A stretch of DNA of 64,000 nucleotides from Phycisphaerales bacterium (GTDB taxonomy: Bacteria; Planctomycetota; Phycisphaerae; UBA1845; Fen-1342). The notes under the pieces are model-generated. The model was not told the DNA's origin. It made no database searches and worked only from the letters and a program-made list of their open reading frames with translations. A program made the translations under genes and the position numbers. Shown one piece after another: positions 56,233-64,000 of the stretch (position 1 is the stretch's first letter; the number at the start of each line of letters is the position of its first letter). The stretch covers positions 852,725 through 916,724 of the forward strand of contig JADJWG010000004.1 of assembly GCA_016716475.1 (NCBI GenBank), written 5' to 3'.

Positions 56233-57635
56233 CAATCGTCGAAGGTCTTGATGGGCGCCGCGCGGCCGCGCACGCCGTGACGGAGGTCCTCGCCGGGGTG
56301 CGGTTTGCGGGGGAAACACTTGCCGCGCTCAGCACCGCTGGGCAACTGCACGGTCCGGCGCTGGGGCGGGCGATGGACATTGCCTACGGCACGGTGCGCC
56401 ACCTCTTGACGATTGAGCGGATTCTCGCCCAGGTAGCGCGCTTTGACCCGACCCGCACTCCGCCGGCGGTGCGGGCGATTCTCAGCACTGCCGCGTTCGA
56501 GCTGCTCTGGCGCTCGGGCACCCCGCACTACGCGGCTGTGAATGAAGCGGTGAATCTCGCGCGGCGCGTGGTGCGCGGGCGGGCGCCGGGCATGGTGAAT
56601 GCGGTGTTACGTCGGCTGGCTGCCACTTGCCCCGAAACCGACCTGGTCCCATGGGTACGACACGATCCCACCTTGATTCGCATGGGCTGGAACCTGGCAC
56701 GGCGCCTGGTCCTGGCGGTCCTGCCAACCGCGGACGCGCGGGATGGCTTCCTGGCACACACGGCGGCCGCGACCGGGCTCAGGGCAAGTCACTACGCGGG
56801 TTGGGTCACGCGGTACGGCGCAGCCCCGGCCGAGGCGGCTGCCTGGGCATCGCAGGCCGTGCCGCCCATCGTGCTCCAGCGGCATAAGCTGCGCGCGTCA
56901 GAGGACCAATTTCGTGCCACCTGCGGTGCGAACTACGGCGAGCTGGTGGAGTTTGCGGACGACGCGGCGTACTTCGCCCCCACGGTGCCGATTGCGACCG
57001 TGCCGGCTTTCGAGGATGGCCTTGGATACGTGCAGGACACCACCGCCCATGCGGCCGCGCTCGCGCTGGAACCGCAACCGGGGGAGCGCATTCTCGATCT
57101 GTGCGCGGCCCCCGGAGGCAAAACCATTGCGCTCGCGTGCGCCGCGCAAGACGGTGCACGGATTCTCGCCACCGACATCGCGCCTGACCGGTTGCGACGG
57201 ATTCGCGAGAACGTGGAGCGGTTGAAGCTTACTTCGATCGAGGTCGGGGTTGTGAGTGCGGACGGACGCGAGCTCCTGGCTGAAGCCGGTCAATTCGACG
57301 CGGCCCTGGTGGATGTACCGTGCTCAAATACGGGGGTATTGGCACGGCGCCCGGAGGCGCGCCTCGGATTCCGGTCGTCGAAGCTCGCCGCGCTGGTAGC
57401 CGTGCAGGCGGAGTTGCTGACCCGTGCCGCGCGCTGCATACGGCCGGGTGGGCGACTGGTCTACAGCACGTGCAGCATCGAGCCGGCGGAGAACGAGGAG
57501 GTGGTGGCCGCATTTGTAGCGGCGCACCCGGCGTGGCACGTGGTGGCGGAACAGGTCACGCTGCCGACGTGGGGTCCGGCGCGTGCGCTGTGGCGTGACG
57601 GGGGGTACTGGGCGCGGCTGGTGCAGGCACCGTAA
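56229..57635 (+). CDS. rsmB: 16S rRNA (cytosine-C5)-methyltransferase RsmB/Sun (NusB-like N-terminus plus NOL1/NOP2/Sun MTase)
   Basis: Start overlaps the fmt stop. LDLCAAPGGKT, DVPCSNTGV, PGGRLVYSTCS. Confidence 0.8.
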   Translation: MTIVEGLDGRRAAAHAVTEVLAGVRFAGETLAALSTAGQLHGPALGRAMDIAYGTVRHLLTIERILAQVARFDPTRTPPAVRAILSTAAFELLWRSGTPHYAAVNEAVNLARRVVRGRAPGMVNAVLRRLAATCPETDLVPWVRHDPTLIRMGWNLARRLVLAVLPTADARDGFLAHTAAATGLRASHYAGWVTRYGAAPAEAAAWASQAVPPIVLQRHKLRASEDQFRATCGANYGELVEFADDAAYFAPTVPIATVPAFEDGLGYVQDTTAHAAALALEPQPGERILDLCAAPGGKTIALACAAQDGARILATDIAPDRLRRIRENVERLKLTSIEVGVVSADGRELLAEAGQFDAALVDVPCSNTGVLARRPEARLGFRSSKLAALVAVQAELLTRAARCIRPGGRLVYSTCSIEPAENEEVVAAFVAAHPAWHVVAEQVTLPTWGPARALWRDGGYWARLVQAP

Positions 57636-57638
57636 ACC

Positions 57639-57899
57639 CTATGCCGGAGATTGCGTCGGCGCAAGTTGCTTGTGGCTGCCGTCGCACCAAGGCGGGGTGC
57701 CGGTCTGGTGGCACTGGCAGATCCACTTTTTGCCTGGCTCGGTGAGTTCGCACACGAAGGGCTTGCACCCGGTATCCATCCGGTTGTGCGAACCGTCGCA
57801 GTAGGGCAGCTTCTGTGAATGGCCGCAGGTACAGTAGGCCTTCTTGCCCGGAGTTTCGTCGACGCCGATGGGTCGAGTGCCGTGGATCGGTTCCGCCAT
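57639..57899 (-). CDS. CDGSH-type iron-sulfur domain protein (two CDGSH motifs)
   Basis: CTCGHSQKLPYCDGSH and CQCHQTGTPPWCDGSH. Confidence 0.8.
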   Translation of the reverse strand: MAEPIHGTRPIGVDETPGKKAYCTCGHSQKLPYCDGSHNRMDTGCKPFVCELTEPGKKWICQCHQTGTPPWCDGSHKQLAPTQSPA

Positions 57900-58047
57900 G
57901 GAAATTCTGCCTTGTCATACGCGGGGGTGGTCTGGTTCGAAGCCCGCAGCACCTGACGTGCGCGCGGTACCGCGGCGATTATAGCCGACTGCGGCGCCGC
58001 GGTTGTAGCGCACGACAACCGCGCCTATAAACACGGCGGAGGTTGGC

Positions 58048-59805
58048 ATGGTCAAGTCCCCGCCGCTTACCCAGGCGGATGTCGCCCGAGTATTCGAGGA
58101 GGTCGCGAACCTGCTCGAGATCCAGGGGGCGGACGGTTTCCGCGTCAACTCCTATCGCCGCATCGCACGTACGGTCAGCGAACTGACTCGTGATCTGCAT
58201 GAAATCGCTGCGGAAGGTGGCTTGGCGCAGCTCCCGGGGATCGGAAAATCCTCGGCGGAGAAGATCGCCGAACTGCTCCACACGGGCCGACTTTCGCTGC
58301 GCGAGGAACTGGCCGCCGAAGTGCCGCCCACGCTGCTCGAGTTGCTACGGATCCCCACGGTGGGGCCCAAGAAGGTGGCGCTGCTGTGGAAAGAGCGCGG
58401 CATTACGAAGCTGACGGAATTGAAGGCGGCGCTCGCCGCCGGCGCGCTCGCGGGACTCAAGGGTTTCGGCGACAAGTCGATCGCACAGATTGCACACGGG
58501 ATCGAGTTTCTCGAAAGCAGCGCCGGTCGCGTCCGCCTCGGCGATGCCTGGGGGCTCGCGGAGCGCCTGCGGGCGGAAGTGGCGCACCTGCCGGGAGTGG
58601 ATCGGGTCGAATGGGCCGGTTCGTTGCGGCGTGGGCGCGAAACGGTGGGCGACCTCGATCTGCTCTGTGTCGCGGAAGACGGCGCCGCAGTCGTTGCGGC
58701 GTTCGTCCAACTGCCCGGCGCTGTGGAAACCCTGGCAGCCGGTGACACCAAAGGTTCAGCGCGCTTCGAGCTGCGTGGCGGACAGGTGCAGGTGGATCTG
58801 CGCGTAGTCTCGGCGCGTTCGTTTGGTGCGGCCTGGCAGTACTTCACCGGCAGCAAGGAACACAATGTCCGCCTGCGCGAGCTCGCGGTACGGCGCGGGT
58901 GGAGTCTCAATGAGTACGGCTTGACGGAGGGCGAGCGGGTCATCGCCTCGGAAACGGAGGAGGAGATCTATGCGGCGCTCGATCTGCCCTGGATTCCACC
59001 CGAGTTACGTGAGGACCGTGGCGAACTGGCGGCGGAGGGAGTGCCGGCGCACTTGTTGCGGGTGGAGGACATCCGCGGGGACTTGCACCTGCACACCACG
59101 GCGAGTGATGGTCGCAACACCATCACCGAGATGATTGCGGCGGCGCAGACGCGCGGCTACGAGTACCTCTGCATCACGGACCACTCGCGCAGCAGCGTGA
59201 TCGCCAACGGCCTGTCGGAGGAACGCCTGCGGGCGCACATCGCCGACGTGCGGGCCGCGGCGCGGACCGCGCAAGGTATCCGGGTCTGGATCGGGAGCGA
59301 GGTCGACATTCTCGCGGACGGCAAGCTGGATTACCCGGATGAACTGCTGGCCGAGCTGGATTTCGTCGTGGCCTCGGTGCATGCCGGCATGGGTCAGGAT
59401 GCCGCGGCGAACACCCGGCGTGTCCTCGGCGCCATCCACAATCCATACGTCCATTGTATCGGCCACCTCACGGGTCGGTTGATACATGAACGGGAGGCGA
59501 TGCCACTCGATGTGGAAGCAATCTGCCGGGCGGCGGCTGCGACGGGCACGGCGCTGGAGATCAACGCCAGCTACCTGCGGCTTGACCTCAAGGACCAGCA
59601 CGCGCGGCGGGCGCACGAGTTGGGTGTCACCATCGCGATCAACACGGACGCCCACGAAGTCGGCCAGTACGACCAGATGCGCTACGGAGTGACCACCGCC
59701 CGACGCGCCGGGCTGGAGCGCGGTGATGTCCTGAACACCCGGCCGGCGGCGGACATCATGGCCTTCGTTTCCGCGAAGAGAAAACACGGCCCCGCGCGGG
59801 ATTGA
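58048..59805 (+). CDS. polX: DNA polymerase X family with C-terminal PHP phosphoesterase domain
   Basis: N-terminal helix-hairpin-helix / pol-beta-like region (GIGKSSAEKI, GDLDLL). C-terminal LHLHTTASDG...DHS... PHP motifs. Confidence 0.85.
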   Translation: MVKSPPLTQADVARVFEEVANLLEIQGADGFRVNSYRRIARTVSELTRDLHEIAAEGGLAQLPGIGKSSAEKIAELLHTGRLSLREELAAEVPPTLLELLRIPTVGPKKVALLWKERGITKLTELKAALAAGALAGLKGFGDKSIAQIAHGIEFLESSAGRVRLGDAWGLAERLRAEVAHLPGVDRVEWAGSLRRGRETVGDLDLLCVAEDGAAVVAAFVQLPGAVETLAAGDTKGSARFELRGGQVQVDLRVVSARSFGAAWQYFTGSKEHNVRLRELAVRRGWSLNEYGLTEGERVIASETEEEIYAALDLPWIPPELREDRGELAAEGVPAHLLRVEDIRGDLHLHTTASDGRNTITEMIAAAQTRGYEYLCITDHSRSSVIANGLSEERLRAHIADVRAAARTAQGIRVWIGSEVDILADGKLDYPDELLAELDFVVASVHAGMGQDAAANTRRVLGAIHNPYVHCIGHLTGRLIHEREAMPLDVEAICRAAAATGTALEINASYLRLDLKDQHARRAHELGVTIAINTDAHEVGQYDQMRYGVTTARRAGLERGDVLNTRPAADIMAFVSAKRKHGPARD

Positions 59806-59950
59806 AGAGGACCGGCACCGGGGGCTCTCGCGGTTCCATTGTGCGCCGCTGGCCGGGAGGGCGCCCGACGAAGTTCTGTTTGACACATCCCGGCACAGCG
59901 GTATCGTCGGCCGCCGGGATTGTGGGTGTACCATTGACAGGGAGCGGCCG

Positions 59951-61369
59951 ATGAACGCTGGAAATCGTACGCTAGTCGGGCCAGGTGAACGGGCGTGGAT
60001 TGGGGGGATTGGTGTCATCCTGCTGGTCTGCGGTGCCGCTCGCGGTGCAACGGCACAGAATGTCGAGCCCACTGCGACGAAACCGGCCGAGCCCCTGGCG
60101 ATCCTGGAACGCCTGGTCGGGACGTGGCTGGCCCAGGGCCTGTGGGAGGACCCGACGCGCGGGGGTCTTCGCGTGGAGTACGAGCGCGCTCTGCAAGGCA
60201 AACTACTGAAGGGCTACTCGTACACCGTGGATGCCGGCGTAGCGCGCCTGGTGTACGAAACATCGATGTACTACCACCCGGGGGAAGAAAAGATCGTTTT
60301 TCGCAGTGTCTCGGCCGGCGGTGTGCTCTATGACGGTACCGTGGGGGAACTGGACGCGGATACGCTTGAGTTCCACTGGACCGACTACGGTCCGGGAACC
60401 GCACGCAAGTGGCGGCAGACGCTGCGCTTCGTGGACCCAGACACCTACGAGTGGGAGGTCTTCGCGGCGACCGGGGAGGGCTGGAGGTCCGCCTTTCGCA
60501 GCATCTTTCACCGGGAGTGTGACTTGCGCAAGCACGCGGCCGACCGGCGCGTGACGGCAGAGGCACTGATCGCGGGTTCGCCGGAGCAGGTCTGGCAGCG
60601 CTGGGCCACGCAAGAGGGTGTGACTAGCTTCTTCGCACCGGCAGCCCGCATTGAACTGCGCCCGGGCGGGGTCTATGAATTGTATTTTCTTCCGGATGCA
60701 GACGAAGGGAGCCGGGGGTCGGAGGGTTGCCACGTGCTCGCGTTTGAGCCGGGGCGTTTCCTGGCGTTCGAGTGGAACGCGCCGCCCTCCTTGCCGAATG
60801 TCCGGAAGGAGCGAACGCATGTGCTCCTTACGTTTGAAGCGGTGGGGGCGGCATGGACGCACGTCCGCCTGGTGCAGCACGGGTGGGGCATGGGCGATGA
60901 GTGGGAGCGTTGCTACGAGTATTTCTCGCGGGTGTGGCCGGTGGTGCTGGAGAAATGTCGGACGGTTTGCGCCCAGGCGTTGGAGGGTGCTGGGTCTGCG
61001 CCACTTGATACCTGGCGCCATGACGACGGCGTCCTCATGCGACCCATGGCCGACCCGGTGCGGATCGAGTTTGAGTTGGTCATCCCGGCGCGGGCGTCCG
61101 AGGTTTGGCTGACGCTGCACACGCTGATGGCGGGGGCGGAAGTTCTCACCGCGCTGGAACCCGAACTGCTCGTAGGTCGCACACCGGTGAATCCCACACA
61201 CCTCTTGCTGTTCACGCTTTCACCCGCAGGAAATGGAGCGACACTAGTACATCGCACCGTGGAGCGGGAGGGCGATGCACCCTGGTCCGGCGAGGAGGTG
61301 GCACAGTTGATGCGCGCAGGGGCCGAAGAATTGCGCCTGCTGCGGACGCGTTCGACAACGAGCAATTAA
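59951..61369 (+). CDS. Secreted protein with lipocalin-like (DUF1579-like) N-domain and SRPBCC/AHSA1-like C-domain
   Basis: Signal ILLVCGAARGATA. LERLVGTWLAQG motif. C-terminal START/AHSA1-like region. Confidence 0.55.
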   Translation: MNAGNRTLVGPGERAWIGGIGVILLVCGAARGATAQNVEPTATKPAEPLAILERLVGTWLAQGLWEDPTRGGLRVEYERALQGKLLKGYSYTVDAGVARLVYETSMYYHPGEEKIVFRSVSAGGVLYDGTVGELDADTLEFHWTDYGPGTARKWRQTLRFVDPDTYEWEVFAATGEGWRSAFRSIFHRECDLRKHAADRRVTAEALIAGSPEQVWQRWATQEGVTSFFAPAARIELRPGGVYELYFLPDADEGSRGSEGCHVLAFEPGRFLAFEWNAPPSLPNVRKERTHVLLTFEAVGAAWTHVRLVQHGWGMGDEWERCYEYFSRVWPVVLEKCRTVCAQALEGAGSAPLDTWRHDDGVLMRPMADPVRIEFELVIPARASEVWLTLHTLMAGAEVLTALEPELLVGRTPVNPTHLLLFTLSPAGNGATLVHRTVEREGDAPWSGEEVAQLMRAGAEELRLLRTRSTTSN

Positions 61370-61423
61370 CCGTGGGTGCAGATGCACGGGTGAGGCCTGG
61401 CGCGGGGATGCTTTGCGCTCCGC

Positions 61424-62074
61424 CTACGGAGTTTCCTCGGAGCGCCTCTGCAAGGTGTGCTCTTCTCTGTGCAGCAGGCGTCGGATGTTTTCCAGGTGGC
61501 GCACGATGATCAGCGCCCCCAGCAACACGCTCACCAGCACCAGTGGCCAATTCGCCGCCAACGTTTCGCTTGTGAGGACAATGTAACCCACACACGCGGC
61601 GGGAAACACGACCGCGAGCGTCAGCGAACCCACCGACACAGTACTCGTCAGGAAGCGCGCTATCCCGTACCCGATCAGCGCCGCAAACATCGCAAGGGTG
61701 TACACCGGCCATAATCCCAGGGCCACACCCACCGTGGTCGCCACACCCTTGCCGCCGCGAAAGCGGAGATAGACCGGAAAGACGTGACCGAGTACGGCCG
61801 CGGCCGCGACCCCCAACAACAAGAGTTGTCGTTGTGGTCCTGCCGCGTGCGTCAGCCAGAGGGATGCGAGCAGTGTGGGTGCGAAGCCCTTGAGAATGTC
61901 GAGAACGAGACAAACATAGCCCCACTTTCGCCCCAGCACGCGGCCCGCATTGGTGGCGCCAATGTTGCGGCTGCCGAGCGTGCGGATATCGACGCCGCGC
62001 GTCATACCGATGAGCAGACCGAAAGGGATCGCGCCCAGCAGATAGGCACCGGCAATCAGCAGGGTGGGCAGCAT
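61424..62074 (-). CDS. plsY: Glycerol-3-phosphate acyltransferase PlsY
   Basis: GSRNIGATNAGR and FRGGKGVAT motifs, multi-TM protein. Confidence 0.85.
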   Translation of the reverse strand: MLPTLLIAGAYLLGAIPFGLLIGMTRGVDIRTLGSRNIGATNAGRVLGRKWGYVCLVLDILKGFAPTLLASLWLTHAAGPQRQLLLLGVAAAAVLGHVFPVYLRFRGGKGVATTVGVALGLWPVYTLAMFAALIGYGIARFLTSTVSVGSLTLAVVFPAACVGYIVLTSETLAANWPLVLVSVLLGALIIVRHLENIRRLLHREEHTLQRRSEETP

Positions 62075-62299
62075 GGGGACGCTCCGCGCAGGATCATTCG
62101 GCTCCGCGCCGCAGACGGAGCCACAGCGGCCGCAGACGATCGCGAGTCCACTCTGTCATCCGCCAGCCCCGGTGACGGGTCTGCGTGGGGAAATCCAGGC
62201 GGGCGAAGTCTTCCGGCCGTGCGCGGAGGCGTCGACGCGCTGCCACCCAGGTGCATACTGCCCACACCCAGCCCAGCCAGCGCCCGGCGCGCACCGGTC

Positions 62300-62893
62300 C
62301 TAGCGTTGCACGGTCCGCCGAACGGAGGCGTAAACCTCGTCCGCGGTGCGCGTCTCGTGTGATCCGGCGCTCCATAGCTGGTGTCGCTCGAGGAGGGTCT
62401 TTTCTGTTTCGTAATAGTTCGTCACGTGGCTCGGACCGCCTTCGACCAGGTCTCCGCCCGTATACCGGCCGGCAAGCAGCCACTGGGAGACCGCGGCCTC
62501 GTATTCGGCCGGGTAGATCAGGGCCACCACGTACCGGTCACGTTCCGCTGGCGCGCCATAATCGGCGCATTGGAGCTTCGCCCGGCAGGGCGGCGGGGTG
62601 ATTTCCGCGAGGTGGCGTAGCGCAGCGCAGTCGGCCAGCGCCGCGGTCTGTGCAAGACGGTGAAAAAACAACCCGCTTTCCAGGAGGAATCGCTCCCGCG
62701 CTACGCCTTGGAGTTCCAGCGCGCCGTCCGGCCCGGCCCGCACGATCTTGAACACCTTGCCATGCTGGTACTGCTCGCGCTCGTACAGTAGGGCAATCTC
62801 TTCGGCCGTATATCCGACCGAGGTCCAGTCACCGAAATCAAAGGCGTACAGGCCGGCATAGTGCTCAGGCCCGGTTACGCTGGGCAGCTTCAT
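62300..62893 (-). CDS. Hypothetical protein
   Basis: Start MKLPSVTGPEHYAGLYAFDFGDW. Family not recognised. Confidence 0.45.
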   Translation of the reverse strand: MKLPSVTGPEHYAGLYAFDFGDWTSVGYTAEEIALLYEREQYQHGKVFKIVRAGPDGALELQGVARERFLLESGLFFHRLAQTAALADCAALRHLAEITPPPCRAKLQCADYGAPAERDRYVVALIYPAEYEAAVSQWLLAGRYTGGDLVEGGPSHVTNYYETEKTLLERHQLWSAGSHETRTADEVYASVRRTVQR

Positions 62894-62992
62894 GAGGCGG
62901 TTCTCCGGAGGCACTCCCACCGTGGATCGTATGGAGATGATCGCCGGACGGCAACTGTGCGGGACAGCTTGCCCCGACGGCGAAACTGCGGT

Positions 62993-64000
62993 TCAGGGCG
63001 TAAGCACAGCCGCGGGAGGGTTCGCGACGGTGGGGCGTGGAATGGCCATCCCGGCGGGCCACGGCACCGTGCAGGGAATTCCTGGCAGGAGGTCCATGTA
63101 ATTGTCGGCGAGCGGGGTTTCACCGGTTGGGTCGAGGCAGACGGCCCACGAGAAGCGCTCCGCGGTGAGCGTGAGCGCAGCGCCGTGGCGCGACACGGTC
63201 ACTTCGGCAGGAGTCCAGGCCAACTCCGCGAACCGGGCACGGAAGAGCCGCTGCTGGCCGATCGTGCCATCTTCGGTGCGCCAGGTCGCGAAAGCGCCAT
63301 GGGTCGTGATGCCAAGCACATCCCACTCCCGGAGTGGCTGCTCGAATGCGACCACGGCGCCATTGGCAGGGCAGTTGACGGTCTGTTCGATCTCATGCCG
63401 CCGACCGCCAGCCAGCGCAAAGAGGCCGGTACGTAAGGTAAGGCGCTGCGGTACGCGCGTATCATTGACCACGATGACGCACCAGCGCTCAGCCCTGCAC
63501 GTGCAGATGGCGCGCAACGGGGCAAACGCCCGCTTGACGTACCAGAAGGCCGGCTTGCGGCGCCGGTAGTAGTCGATTGGCGTCCAACTTGTAACCATCG
63601 GCCAGGTATCATTGAACATCCAGAAGATGGCTGCGGACGTGTCGAACTTCCGGCGGCGCCAGTTGTCGATCGCAGTCTCGAGCGCTTCGCCGTGGAGCAG
63701 TGCGGCGTAGCGCAAGTAGTCCTCGAACGGAAGCCGCCGTGGAGCCGGACACAGGTTGACGCGCAAAAGGTGATCGAGCAGGGGCTCGCCCTTCCAGGTA
63801 TTCTGCGAGTTGTCGTGGTGGTTCCAGGTGCGACTGCCCAGGAAACGCTCCTCCGACGGCAGGATGGACTCGATCGTCGGTGGTGTGCTGGGGCCGAGCA
63901 TGCCGCCCTCGTTCGGGAAGCGACTCGCATCGTGGCGGTAATGCCAATAGTCCCCCTTCGGCGCGCCGAGCGCAACGTCCCATGGATGCTGGTCGCCGAT
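62993..64000 (-). CDS. Glycoside hydrolase family 2 (beta-mannosidase-like), C-terminal part; N-terminus beyond right window edge
   Basis: AIFWMFNDTWPMVTSWTPIDYYRRRKPAFWYVKRAF matches the conserved GH2 beta-mannosidase block ([26 protein letters not shown]). The frame stays open to the window end. Confidence 0.6.
   Translation of the reverse strand: MGDQHPWDVALGAPKGDYWHYRHDASRFPNEGGMLGPSTPPTIESILPSEERFLGSRTWNHHDNSQNTWKGEPLLDHLLRVNLCPAPRRLPFEDYLRYAALLHGEALETAIDNWRRRKFDTSAAIFWMFNDTWPMVTSWTPIDYYRRRKPAFWYVKRAFAPLRAICTCRAERWCVIVVNDTRVPQRLTLRTGLFALAGGRRHEIEQTVNCPANGAVVAFEQPLREWDVLGITTHGAFATWRTEDGTIGQQRLFRARFAELAWTPAEVTVSRHGAALTLTAERFSWAVCLDPTGETPLADNYMDLLPGIPCTVPWPAGMAIPRPTVANPPAAVLTP

Noticed and set aside
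57921-57952. tRNA-like T-loop motif GGTTCGAAGCC
   Set aside because: The flanking complementarity forms a 5-bp stem enclosing a 17-nt loop, not a 7-nt T-loop. No acceptor, D or anticodon arms can be drawn. Treated as a hairpin in the CDGSH/polX divergent promoter region.

Overview
High-GC (~67%) bacterial chromosomal segment, densely coded on both strands. Its gene content resembles Planctomycetota/Verrucomicrobia-type genomes: a PEP-CTERM protein, many dockerin-like C-terminal modules, a PATR-type beta-strand repeat giant protein, and ArnT-like and GT2/GT4 glycosyltransferases. The long 'antisense' ORFs in the track are GC artefacts. Main contents in order: a minus-strand RND efflux operon (orphan REC-XRE regulator, lipoprotein MFP, AcrB-like pump running off the left edge); an LTXXQ periplasmic protein; a frameshifted GT2; a cluster of secreted carbohydrate-active and dockerin-like proteins that share an uncharacterised module carrying different C-terminal anchors (PEP-CTERM vs dockerin-like), plus a decayed paralog; a lower-GC island encoding a signal-peptide/Rhs-core-end/DUF2235-like lipase toxin with an overlapping small membrane (immunity-like) gene; PfkB kinase, PhyH oxygenase, CocE/NonD hydrolase, PQQ-type sugar dehydrogenase; two separate SPFH systems (NfeD-flotillin, and zinc-ribbon membrane protein plus HflK/HflC-like tandem paralogs); kbl; an ECF sigma/anti-sigma pair with a recognisable GGAACTT-N16-TCCAAA promoter; a phhA / aromatic-amino-acid decarboxylase / wecB / GT4 cluster; def-fmt-rsmB; a CDGSH Fe-S protein; PolX; plsY; and a GH2 fragment at the right edge. 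No rRNA, tRNA, CRISPR array or transposase was found. Start codons were placed by signal peptides and RBS spacing and are approximate. All family assignments are from motif recognition by eye, not database searches.
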